Below, piece by piece: positions 8,748 through 18,900 of a stretch of 64,000 nucleotides of DNA. The stretch's first letter is position 1; every line of letters starts with the position of its first letter. Origin of the DNA: Verrucomicrobiia bacterium (GTDB taxonomy: Bacteria; Verrucomicrobiota; Verrucomicrobiia; JADLBR01; JAIBCM01); contig JAIBCM010000002.1 of the NCBI GenBank assembly GCA_019694135.1, positions 22,143 through 86,142 of the forward strand, read 5' to 3'. Both the position numbers and the translations under genes were made by a program. A model generated the notes under the pieces. It saw only the letters and a program-made list of their open reading frames with translations, was not told where the DNA came from and searched no databases.

Positions 8748-9557
8748 TTAAGATTGGAAATCAGGCCCTACGGGTAAGGTGCTGCCATCATTTTCTCCTG
8801 CTGCAACGGCCGCAGCGGCTAACCCTTCCATGGTGACTTCACCTGTGAATAGATCAAGCATGGTGGAAACGGCTTTATGCACGTCGACCATTAAGGCTTG
8901 AGCTTTGCCGCGGAAGAAGAAGTAAAGGAACATGGAGGGAATCGCGAGCATCAAACCGCCGGCGGTTGCTACGAGCGCTTCACCAATACCGCCCGCCAGA
9001 TCGGTGGCTTCGGCTTTACCGGCAGTCAACGCGCTAAAGGAGTTAATCATACCGCTTACCGTTCCTAACAACCCGATCATGGGCGCCATGACGGCGAGGG
9101 TGTTGAGGTAAGTGATGAGCACTTGCACTTTGGTTTCTTCATGGTAGACGGCATCAGCCACAGCGTTTTCCATGGCAGCTTTGTTAAACATATCTCTTTC
9201 AAAGTTTGCCTTGGTTAAAGCAGAGGTCAGCGTGTGGGCTAATGGCCCGGGATTTTCTTTGCAAATTTGAAAGGCGTTGGGGATGTTGCGTTGGCTCATG
9301 GTTAAGTTTAGTTGGTGGATAACGCTGTCTGGCAGGATTTTTTTTCTGCGTAATTGTAATCCTAAAAATCCGCCTAAAGCTACGCAACCGACTGAGCAAA
9401 GAGCGATGATGTGCATGATGGGACCTCCTTCATGGTAGAGGTCGAGCAAGCTTTTGCTGGATTCAACCTTAGGCGCGGCCCAGGTCGATTGCAAACCGAA
9501 TGTGAGCCATGTCACAAGGATAAGACCGATGTAGTAAAGAGGTTTTAATGTTTTCAT
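8748..9557 (-). CDS. exbB: MotA/TolQ/ExbB proton-channel family protein
   Basis: Signal-like N-terminus followed by three TM helices. The C-terminal block GLLGTVSGMINSF...AGGIGEALVATAGGLMLAIP is typical of ExbB/TolQ. Confidence 0.8.
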   Translation of the reverse strand: MKTLKPLYYIGLILVTWLTFGLQSTWAAPKVESSKSLLDLYHEGGPIMHIIALCSVGCVALGGFLGLQLRRKKILPDSVIHQLNLTMSQRNIPNAFQICKENPGPLAHTLTSALTKANFERDMFNKAAMENAVADAVYHEETKVQVLITYLNTLAVMAPMIGLLGTVSGMINSFSALTAGKAEATDLAGGIGEALVATAGGLMLAIPSMFLYFFFRGKAQALMVDVHKAVSTMLDLFTGEVTMEGLAAAAVAAGENDGSTLPVGPDFQS

Positions 9558-9562
9558 AGAGG

Positions 9563-10447
9563 TTATTGGGTTGTGGTTTCTTTTTCTTCGTTTTGTTCTT
9601 CTTCTTTCTCTTCAGTTTTTACTAAAGGTTTTAATTCTTTTAGCTTGGTTTGAGCACGTGCAAAGATGGAACTTTGCGGGTAATCGGCAATGATATCTTG
9701 CAACACTCTAACGGCTGCTGAAAGATTGGTTTCTGCCAGATAAACGCGCGATGCGCCCCATAAGCCGCGACCCACTTCTTCCTTGAGAGTTGGGTTGAAT
9801 ACGCGGTTATAGAGAAAATGATCCAAAGCAGCGGGATAATTTGTGCGTCCAAGCTCAACTTCGCCCAGTACTAATTGCACGAAGGCGACGATGGAAGAGT
9901 CTTTGGATTGCTCTTCCATTTGTTTGGCCATGACCATGGCTTCTTCGAAACGATTCAGGCCGGCCAAACATTTCACCTTTAATGGAGCGACAAGAAACTT
10001 TCTTTTTTGATTCCAGTCTTGAGCTTCGATTTGTTCCACAGCTTTGAGCGCTTCGTCGAATTGTTTTAGGTCGATCAGTGTTTCAGCGCGGGCAAATAAC
10101 ACCTCACCAGCAGGAGATTCTGGAATGGAAAGAAACGATTGCCAAAATTTCCAAAGCGGGTCGAGAGTTGTTAAGCGCGCGGCTGGATCAGTAGGCAGTT
10201 TGGATCGATCGAAAGTGGCTTCAAAAACGATTTTTTCGATTTGATCTAAATTGTAAGCGCTTTCGGCTTTGCCGCCTCGAAATTCAACTTGAATATAAAC
10301 TTTATTTTTTTCGGAGCGTAAAACTTTGCCTTCAATTTCATCTAAAGTTTTTAAAACTACGAGATCTTGTGCATGAATAGAGGTTAAACCCGCAATAGCC
10401 ATGAGGCCTAACACAAAACTGAGCTGAAAAAAATTCTGTGTTTTCAT
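9563..10447 (-). CDS. Secreted TPR-repeat protein
   Basis: Signal peptide followed by helical TPR-like repeats. The gene overlaps the upstream TPR gene by 4 nt. Confidence 0.6.
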   Translation of the reverse strand: MKTQNFFQLSFVLGLMAIAGLTSIHAQDLVVLKTLDEIEGKVLRSEKNKVYIQVEFRGGKAESAYNLDQIEKIVFEATFDRSKLPTDPAARLTTLDPLWKFWQSFLSIPESPAGEVLFARAETLIDLKQFDEALKAVEQIEAQDWNQKRKFLVAPLKVKCLAGLNRFEEAMVMAKQMEEQSKDSSIVAFVQLVLGEVELGRTNYPAALDHFLYNRVFNPTLKEEVGRGLWGASRVYLAETNLSAAVRVLQDIIADYPQSSIFARAQTKLKELKPLVKTEEKEEEQNEEKETTTQ

Positions 10448-13242
10448 GAGGAGGTTGGCTTGGGTTCCGAAGCCGGGTTGACATTGGCGCCTGGTTTTAA
10501 TTCGGCGAGTCTTTGTTGAGCAGCTTTATATTCTTCAAAACTTGCCAGATCTGCTTCTTTTAAGAAAGCTTCGTAAGTTTCAATCGCTTGAGGTTTTAAT
10601 TGTAAGGTTTCGAGCGCTTTGCCGCGGGCTAAATAAGCTTTTGATACCCAGTCGCGGTAGCGAGCATAGAGAATGTAAATGCGTTCGTAATAAGCGCAGG
10701 CTTCTTTCGTTTTACCCATTTGCTCGTTGAGTTGGCCCAGTTGATAAAGCGCTTGCACCCAGGGCTTGCCCTTGGCAGCAGGAGTTTCCAATATTTTTTC
10801 CAAGGTTGCAATAGCTTCTGGAATGCGTTTTTGGTTTTTGTAAATTTCTACTTTGGATTCTAAGATTTTTGGTAGAAGGATGGAGGAGCCGGATTCAGCT
10901 TCAAAGCGATCAAACATAGCAAGCGCTTTAGTTTCATCTCCTTTTGCTAAGGCAATGAGGCCTAAGCCCGCTAGAGCACGATCGGTGAAACGAGTTTTTT
11001 TAGGAGTGTTGGCCAAGATATTCAAATAAGTTTCAGCTTCGGCATAGCGCTTTTCAGTGACTAACAGTTCTCCCAAGTCAATGCAGAGCCGTTGGGAAAG
11101 TTGTTCCGGTTTGAAGCGATCAGGACGGGCTAATTCTAAAAGCGCAAGACGGGCTTGATCCGGGTTGGAGCGACGTTGGAGTTGAGCAAGAAGCCAGAGA
11201 TAACGCGCAGCTTGTATGGGTTTGCCAGCAGCAAGTAAGTTGTCCTTACCCTTTTCTAGCTCGCTGATCAGAGCTGCTTTATCGTCGACAGTGGGGAAAA
11301 GTTTGGCGTAGCCGATGAAAAGGTCTTCAACAAAATTGCTCTTCAGATCAGAGCCGTATTTTTCCAGGGCAAGTCGGTAAAAACGGCGCGCATCTTCAAT
11401 TTGATCGAGTTGGCGCAAACCCCAACCGGTCCAGTGATAGGCTTCGACAACGCGACCACTATTCGGGTTTTTGTCGATAAATTTTTTGAAATGATCGACC
11501 ATTTTTTCGTATTGTTCAGTAAGTCGAAGCGCTTTGCCAATTTGGAATTGTGCATATTCATAGAGTCGTTCGTTGGCTGGGCCGACTTCGCTAAACATTT
11601 TGATGCCTTCATCGGGATCGCCTTCAGCGAACCAAGCGTCACCAGCTAGGGCGCGCACTTCATCGGTGAGCGGGTTTTGAGGATAGGTTTTTACCCAGTC
11701 CACAAGTTTTTTGCGTGCTTCTTCATATTTTTTTTCGCCATAATCAGCGGCTGCCATGCGATAGATGGCTTCTTCTTTGAAGGTGCCTTGGGGATATTCT
11801 TTGAGATAAAGGTTGAATCGCGTGCGAATTTCAGGGTAGTTTTTTGCAAAAACGGCAGTCATGGCATTCCAATAGAGATTATTTTCTGCCAAGGGACTTT
11901 TAGGAAATTGTTGTCGGAAACGAGCAAAGGAATCGGTGGCTTCTTGATATTTTTCCAGAAAAAGCGCGCTGTAACCGGCCAAAAATAAAACGCGATCGGC
12001 TTGAGGAAATTGAGGATAAAGTTTGGTGTGTTTAGTAAAAACGTTATAGGCATCTTCAAAGCGGTTATTATTAAGATAAGCTTCGCCCTCGAGATAGGCG
12101 GCTTGAGGTGCGCGTGAGTCGTTGGGATAGCGTTTGATGAAAGAGGCGACGAGTTCTTGAACTTTGTCCCAACGTTGTAATTCCACAGCAGCTAGGATGG
12201 CGAGGTAATGACCGACTATGACCGGTTCGGTTCGGGGCTGGGTTTCGGCTACGGCTATAGCAGCGAGATAGCCTTCTCCAGGGCGTTCGCATTGCAGGGC
12301 GCATTGTGCGACACGTAAGTGACGGTTGAGATCGAAAGTTTCCATTTTGGTAAGATTTTCTTTCTCACGAATCAGGCCGTCTTTCATTTGTTGGAGTTGG
12401 AGCGCTTTAATGCTGAGCCCTTGAGCGTAACGGGTAAGTTGTTTTTCTACGTCAGTCAGTAGTTTTTCTTGTCTGTCCAAAATTTGAGCTTTGAGCGGGA
12501 TGAAAAGGTAGCAGCGATAGGCTTTGTTGTATTCTCCATCTTCATAAAAATCGTCGCCTAATTGCATGGCCTGCAGAGCAAGAAGAGCTTGCTGACGAAT
12601 GGGTTCGGGTTTGGCGCGCAAAATTTCTAGCACAGCCAGTGCGCCATCAAGATCACGGCTTTCGAGCAAGCTTTGCAAGCGCATGAGCATGGCGCGTTCA
12701 GCGGTTAAAGGGTCGCGCGTTTTACTGGCAATTTCAAAAAGTGCAGCAGCTTCTTTATATTTTTTTTCTTGGAATTGCGAGTTAGCCATTAACATTTGCG
12801 CTTCGGAAGTTTGCGGCGTGTTAGGATAGTTTTTTAAAAAAGTTTCAAAGGCGCTGATGGCTTCGCTGAATTTTCCTTGTTGATAGCGGGATAATCCTAG
12901 CCAGAAAGACATATCCGGCACGGCCTTGCCTTGTGGATATTCTTTAATATAGGTTTCAATGATGGGCTCGGCCGCTTCGGGTTTTTGTATTTGCAAATAA
13001 GACGCTGCGAGGAGAGGGTAAACTTCGGGTTTTACTTTTTGCGCTTCAGGACTGGAGCCATAGGAGGTTAAAAAATTTTCGTAAATTTTAGCCGCTTCTG
13101 GAAAATTTCCAGCATTAAAAGCGCTTGAGCCACGCTGTAAGAGATCATCCGCTGTGCCAGTGCCAGCTTGGTCTTGTGCGTTCGCCAGAGAGGAAATTAT
13201 CCCTAACGCTACCATCATTACGAAACGCCGAATGCACTTCAC
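10444..13242 (-). CDS. Large secreted tetratricopeptide-repeat protein (932 aa)
   Basis: Signal peptide MKCIRRFVMMVALGIISSLANAQ is followed by many W-LG-Y-A-F-P TPR-type repeats along the whole length. Confidence 0.7.
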   Translation of the reverse strand: MKCIRRFVMMVALGIISSLANAQDQAGTGTADDLLQRGSSAFNAGNFPEAAKIYENFLTSYGSSPEAQKVKPEVYPLLAASYLQIQKPEAAEPIIETYIKEYPQGKAVPDMSFWLGLSRYQQGKFSEAISAFETFLKNYPNTPQTSEAQMLMANSQFQEKKYKEAAALFEIASKTRDPLTAERAMLMRLQSLLESRDLDGALAVLEILRAKPEPIRQQALLALQAMQLGDDFYEDGEYNKAYRCYLFIPLKAQILDRQEKLLTDVEKQLTRYAQGLSIKALQLQQMKDGLIREKENLTKMETFDLNRHLRVAQCALQCERPGEGYLAAIAVAETQPRTEPVIVGHYLAILAAVELQRWDKVQELVASFIKRYPNDSRAPQAAYLEGEAYLNNNRFEDAYNVFTKHTKLYPQFPQADRVLFLAGYSALFLEKYQEATDSFARFRQQFPKSPLAENNLYWNAMTAVFAKNYPEIRTRFNLYLKEYPQGTFKEEAIYRMAAADYGEKKYEEARKKLVDWVKTYPQNPLTDEVRALAGDAWFAEGDPDEGIKMFSEVGPANERLYEYAQFQIGKALRLTEQYEKMVDHFKKFIDKNPNSGRVVEAYHWTGWGLRQLDQIEDARRFYRLALEKYGSDLKSNFVEDLFIGYAKLFPTVDDKAALISELEKGKDNLLAAGKPIQAARYLWLLAQLQRRSNPDQARLALLELARPDRFKPEQLSQRLCIDLGELLVTEKRYAEAETYLNILANTPKKTRFTDRALAGLGLIALAKGDETKALAMFDRFEAESGSSILLPKILESKVEIYKNQKRIPEAIATLEKILETPAAKGKPWVQALYQLGQLNEQMGKTKEACAYYERIYILYARYRDWVSKAYLARGKALETLQLKPQAIETYEAFLKEADLASFEEYKAAQQRLAELKPGANVNPASEPKPTSS

Positions 13243-13329
13243 TCTTTAAGTGTAATTTTGATAAGAAAAAAGACAAGGGAAATTCTATGAAAAAAATTAT
13301 TGTTAATTTCTTTTTGATGGCAATAATAG

Positions 13330-14202
13330 GTGAGTATGGGCGAGCCAACTGTTTCTAATCCAGAATTAACCCCAGAACAACAAAAAACGCGTGAAGCTTT
13401 TTTGGAAATTATCAAAGAGATTGATAATGGAGTTAAAAAGGTGATGGATCATCCCTTGGTTAAAGGTTTAACCTCTCCTGCTTCTACTGAAGGTTGTCGA
13501 ACTTCGGTTGAGCTTCAAAGTCATCAAGTGGCTTTGGGCTATGAGCATACTTCTGTGCGCGTTACACCAAAGGATGAAAAATATAAAGACGATCCTCGCT
13601 TTAGCCAGCTTGATGAAGATGGCAAGCGTTATGCTACGATAGGAGCTGGGCCTGTATATAATACTTTAGTTAGTGAATTGAACCGTCCTAAAGATGTGGG
13701 TCCTCATCCTGGGCGAATTCCTATGGGACCTAAGGATTGTAAAAAAGAGGCAGAAGTAATTGATACCGTTTTAGCTAAGGATGGAAATTATCAAGATGAC
13801 TTAGATTATGATTTATTTCCTGCGAGTACCAAGGCAGACCAAGCTTGGTATTGGGCGGATGATAGTTTTAATTCCAATTCTTATGTTTCTGGTTTAATTG
13901 ATGCTACTGGATTGCCTAAGCCGATTATTAATAGAGAAACGCATCCGGGATGGGATAAGCCGTTGCCAGCCGAAAATTTTAAGGATCGAACAGCTAAACC
14001 TATTTTATCTACTTTGAAAGAAGCTATTGCTGATAAAGTGCCTAAAGAACCTGCTTCACGATCAGAAAGAAATGAGCAGATGTGGAGGGATTTAGAACAA
14101 GGACCTAATCAATCCAACTATTCTGAAGAGCCCAACCAAAGCCTAATGCCGCCTGAAGAGGTCAATCAATCTCTACCTCAATCTCCAGGGTTAAGTATTT
14201 AA
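13330..14202 (+). CDS. Hypothetical acidic protein (GTG start; possible alternative N-terminus, see findings)
   Basis: 290-aa ORF with no motif I recognise. An upstream in-frame stop limits the N-terminus. Confidence 0.45.
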   Translation: MSMGEPTVSNPELTPEQQKTREAFLEIIKEIDNGVKKVMDHPLVKGLTSPASTEGCRTSVELQSHQVALGYEHTSVRVTPKDEKYKDDPRFSQLDEDGKRYATIGAGPVYNTLVSELNRPKDVGPHPGRIPMGPKDCKKEAEVIDTVLAKDGNYQDDLDYDLFPASTKADQAWYWADDSFNSNSYVSGLIDATGLPKPIINRETHPGWDKPLPAENFKDRTAKPILSTLKEAIADKVPKEPASRSERNEQMWRDLEQGPNQSNYSEEPNQSLMPPEEVNQSLPQSPGLSI

Positions 14203-14249
14203 TTTTTCTTTTCAGATATTAAAATTTTTGGAAAGGTTCTTGCCTTTAT

Positions 14250-15374
14250 ATGATATTAGAACTTTCCATTACCCTGGCAAAAATTGTTCTGCTGATTGGT
14301 GGGGTGTTAGGCATTGTGTCTTATACGGTTTTGGCAGAACGCAAAATTAGCGCGATGATTCAGGAGCGGGTGGGGCCCAATCGGGTTGGGCTGCCCTTCA
14401 TTGGTTTGGGAAAATCTTTGGGTTTGGGACAACCTATAGCTGACACGCTTAAATTGATGTTGAAGGAACAATTTGTGCCTGCTGGCGTGAACAAATTTTA
14501 TTATTGGCTTGCACCTGCGCTGGCCATGATGCCGGCGCTTATCACTATGGCGATGATTCCATTTGGTAGCGTGCTTGATTTTACTTTGCCGATTGCTGAT
14601 ATTGCGATTCGCACAAAAGGGGTGATAGCGGATATTAACATTGCTTTGTTACTTATTTTTGCGATTACATCACTTAGCGTTTATGGAATTACTTTGGCGG
14701 GTTGGGCTTCGAATTCTAAATATCCTTTTTTAGGAGGCATTCGTTCTAGTGCGCAGTTAATTTCTTACGAGTTAACGATGGGTTTATCTGTAGTGCCTAT
14801 TTTTTTAATAGTGGGAGAATTAAATCTGGGCGCCATTGTTGAATATCAAATGAAAAATGGCTGGCTTGTGCTACCTTTTTTTGCAGAGCATTTGAATTGG
14901 AAAAATTTTGTTTATTTTATTCCTTTGAGTCTTTCGTTTATTTTATTTGTAGTAGCTGCTTTTGCAGAAACGAATCGTTTGCCTTTTGATATGCCGGAAG
15001 CGGAAACAGAGTTGGTTGGAGGCTATCACACCGAGTATGCGGCCATGAAATTTTCTTTATTTTTTCTTGGTGAATATATGGCGATGATTGTTGCCGCTTC
15101 GTTAGTGGTCACTTTATTTTTGGGAGGTTGGAGTTTGCCAGGATTCGGATTTTCTTTTATTCCCACAGGAGAAAAGGGAATTCTCTATGGCTTACTTAAT
15201 ATTGGGACTTTTCTGGTAAAGATGATTCTATTTCTCGCATTTTTTATTTTTATTCGATGGACTTTACCTCGGTTTCGTTACGATCAATTAATGAAATTGG
15301 GCTGGAAAGTGTTTCTGCCTTTGGCTTTGGCTAACGTTGTGGTTACGGCATTTTTGGTGGCTTTCATTAAGTAA
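14250..15374 (+). CDS. nuoH: NADH-quinone oxidoreductase subunit H (NuoH/ND1 family), orphan
   Basis: The N-terminal motif ERKISAMIQERVGPNRVG is the NuoH signature. The protein is polytopic with about 8 TM helices. Confidence 0.75.
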   Translation: MILELSITLAKIVLLIGGVLGIVSYTVLAERKISAMIQERVGPNRVGLPFIGLGKSLGLGQPIADTLKLMLKEQFVPAGVNKFYYWLAPALAMMPALITMAMIPFGSVLDFTLPIADIAIRTKGVIADINIALLLIFAITSLSVYGITLAGWASNSKYPFLGGIRSSAQLISYELTMGLSVVPIFLIVGELNLGAIVEYQMKNGWLVLPFFAEHLNWKNFVYFIPLSLSFILFVVAAFAETNRLPFDMPEAETELVGGYHTEYAAMKFSLFFLGEYMAMIVAASLVVTLFLGGWSLPGFGFSFIPTGEKGILYGLLNIGTFLVKMILFLAFFIFIRWTLPRFRYDQLMKLGWKVFLPLALANVVVTAFLVAFIK

Positions 15375-15405
15375 GCGTTTTGCAATTTGCTACAGCAAGC
15401 GTAAT

Positions 15406-15939
15406 TTAAAGAACAATCATGGAATGAACATTGTAATCCATCAATTTCTCTCGACCTTTTAAAAAGCTAAGCTCGATTACAAAAGTGATTTCTTGCAAGT
15501 CAGCTCCTAAACTTTTGATGAGATTAGCTGCTGCAGCTGCCGTACCGCCCGTGGCGAGAACATCGTCGACAAGAGCCACTTTTTGACCTGGCGCGATAGC
15601 ATCTTCATGCACTGCTACTGTACTGGTACCGTATTCAAGTTGATATTCTTGTTCGATTGTTTTGTAAGGCAGTTTTCCTTTTTTTCGAATTGGCACAAAG
15701 CCAACCCCTAGTTGACATGCCACTGCTGCGCCAAAGATAAAACCTCGCGCATCAACACCGACGATAGTGTCGATTCTTTTTTTTGCGTAGCGCTCAACAA
15801 TTAAATTAATGGTTAATCGAAAGAGTTGGCCCGATTGAAGAATGGGTGTGATATCGACAAATTTCACTCCGGGCTGAGGAAAATCATCCACCGTGCGAAG
15901 TGAGCGAGCGAGTCGGTTAATAGCGCTATTCATTTCCAT
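15406..15939 (-). CDS. apt: Adenine phosphoribosyltransferase
   Basis: PRTase motif VALVDDVLATGGTAAA. Length is ~175 aa. Confidence 0.8.
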   Translation of the reverse strand: MEMNSAINRLARSLRTVDDFPQPGVKFVDITPILQSGQLFRLTINLIVERYAKKRIDTIVGVDARGFIFGAAVACQLGVGFVPIRKKGKLPYKTIEQEYQLEYGTSTVAVHEDAIAPGQKVALVDDVLATGGTAAAAANLIKSLGADLQEITFVIELSFLKGREKLMDYNVHSMIVL

Positions 15940-15956
15940 AACGCGAGAACTTTAAA

Positions 15957-18900
15957 CTAACTTTGATTGATAGAGCGAGACAAAACGGTTTGATGAGATG
16001 AAATTTGATTCATTAATGTTTCGACACGTTTTTGAGCGGCTTGCATTTTGGGGTAGCGTACGTCGCGATAACCCGAAACTTGTTCGGGTTGACGCAGTAT
16101 TTCTACCCAAGTTGAGTAGAAATTATCATCCGACTCTTGAGTGAAACGTTCTACTAACTGTAAATACCAATCGCGAAATTGTTTTTCTTGTTTATGCCAT
16201 TCGGGCAATAGCTTGCGAAGAAATTTAGCTTGCTTCATCAAATGCAACATCCAATCGCGGCTGCGCAGTTTAAATTTTATTTTTTGACCAGCGATGACGA
16301 ATTCAGGTCGGTTAAGATGGCTATAAACAATGCGATCACCGCGAGAAGGATCGACATGATAACGCTCGTAATCGAGTTGATATTTTTCTTCGCGAGTGAG
16401 TAAGTAAGCGACGTAAATTTCATCTTTAATGGCCATGACTTTAAATGCGTTCCAAATTATGGCTTTCGTGGCAGCGTAATCGTGTTTGGCAGTATCTTGT
16501 TGATAGGCGGCATGCACCGTTTGGATATAACGTTCCGCATAAGCAGCATTTTCATAAAGAAGCAGCTCATAAATACGCAAAGCAAATTGACGCAATATTT
16601 CTTCATCCAGATGTAAGGGCGTGATAGCTTGAGTCGTTAAACGCCATAGCGTGCGTGCGAGTTGCTGTCCTTTTTTACCTTGTTTTTGGAGTAAAGCCGA
16701 TTTTTCAGCAATGACATCATGATAGGTTTTGACAGGTTTCGCTTGTAATTCGGCTTGATGACAAACAACGTAACGCCCGAGATTAAATGCCTTCCAATTA
16801 TCCGTGCCCGCAGCGCCCATGGTTTCTTTGATGGCCCATTCCAAACTAGGCAAAGAGAGCGGAAGTTCACCGCGTTGAAAGGCCGCGCCAATCATGATGA
16901 TATTTGCGTAAAGTTTTGTGCCAAAATATTTCTCTGAAATTTCAGAAATATTGAAAGAAAAATAGCGATCCGGATGTGTGTATTGTCGAACGGTTTGTTC
17001 TATAGTCGAAATACAAAAATCGGCTTTGCCGAGCAGGGTGTAAATAGTGGGAGTTTTGTGCGTGTTAAGAATAGCTCCAGTGCGATGAGGGGATCCTACG
17101 CGTTGATTGATTTTAGGATCAAGTCCACGTGCGGCCTCCAAGGGATCAATGCCTAAAATGAGATCGGCTTTGCCATAAGGAATTAGCGCAGAAGTGTGAT
17201 TTTCTCCTTCTTTGAGATAAGTGATGTAGGCGTAAACACCGCCGTTTCGAATGGCTAACCCGTTTTTATCGCAAAAAATAACGCGATAACCTTCGCGATG
17301 ACCTGCCCGCACCAAAGTTGCCGTGCTGGTGGCAATGCCCATGCCTCCGACTCCGGCAAGGTAAGCACGCCAGGAATGAGAGAAAGAAGGGATTTTGGGA
17401 AGAGGCAAATCTTCCAAATGTAATGCTTCAAGTTTAGGGCTAGGTTTTTCGTGACGAATGATTGTGATTTCCTCGAAAGAAGGGCAGGCATAAATTTTCG
17501 TGCAAGCGGTATCAGCTACGCACCAGGAGAGATCAGTTTGAATTTTTCGACCGAGATTAGTTTCGGTAAAGGTTAAGCCCGGACAGCCGGTAGCCATTGT
17601 ACATTCCAGACAGTTTTCACAAACGTCGGCAGTTACATTAATAAATCGTTTCGTTCGTAAATAACCTTTTTGCCGAATTTCGCGTCGTTCCATTTGATTG
17701 TTGCGACGATGGTAAGTGATACCACACTCTTTATCGGCAATGATAATTTTAACTCCATCTTTCAGGATCGTTTCTTCCAAGAGAGTGCGGTATTGGTCTC
17801 GTGCTTCAGGATTAACACGAATGATTTCGATGTGAGTTTGTTCTGCGATGGCTTGAATGATTTTGTCGATGCTTTGTGTAAAAGTGTCATTGCCCAAAAT
17901 ATCTTTTTCTAAACCGGGCGTGGTTTGGTGTCCGGTCATAGCCGTGGTTTTGTTATCGAGAATAATGTAGGTGATATCTTGACCATTTTTTACAGAGTTG
18001 GAGATGGCAAGTTGGCCACTATGGAAAAAAGTGGAATCGCCCATGAAAACAACTTGTTTATTGCTGATAAAAGGATCAATGCCCAAACCTGTACCGCCTC
18101 CTAGCCCCATGCCACTGTAGTTGTGCATTAAATCCTTAGTGGGTTCGAACATCAACATGGTGTAACAACCGGTGTCACCATGAAAAACAAGGTCGATCGG
18201 ATTTTTGCGATGTTTTTGACGCATGTAATCAGCGTTTAAAAAATCACGTTTTACTTCTACCAGCACCGAAGCTGAATCGCGATGAGGACAGCCTGGACAA
18301 AAAGTCGGTGTGCGTGGCGTGAGATCGACATCGTAAGCGGCATTTTCGGCGAGCAAAGCTAATTCGACTTCAATTTGCTGTTGTTTTTTCTCGAAGATAG
18401 GATGATTAATTTTTTGAAATAAAGGCGCTAACTGTTCCAAAACCAGGGAGGGATTTAAACCGCGATGCTCGGGCATGCCTGGCAGTTGAAAAGGAAATTT
18501 TTTGCCATGAATTTTTAATGGTAACCCTTTCTGATTAGCAAGATTTGCTAGCTGTTCTTCAATAAAACCACGACGTTCTTCAACTACGACAACTTGATCA
18601 CTTAGAGTGGCCAATTTATCTAAATGTTCGGGATTGATAGGATAAGTAATTCCCAATTTGAGAATGGGCAACTCATCTTCTAGTCCCAATTCCGCTAAAG
18701 CATGTTGCAAGTAAGTATAAGCCATCGCGGATGAAACCAAAACCAAAGGAAACTTTGTAGTGGGGGATGGAGGGTTAGGGACGAACCATTGATCTACACC
18801 ATATTTTTCCGCGCTTTGCCACAAACGTTCATAGCGCGAAGGCAGATCCTGCTCCTTGCGCCAGGTGCGTGGTGGAAGAAGCACTTTATTTTCAAAATCG

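Noticed and set aside
9199-9399. Representative of the many 60-150-aa ORFs inside large genes (also 834-1064, 16637-16891, 19685-20134, 45471-45927, 46308-46865, 53097-53554, 56073-56552)
   Set aside because: These are antisense or out-of-frame products within strongly supported CDSs. They have biased, low-complexity composition and no recognisable motifs.
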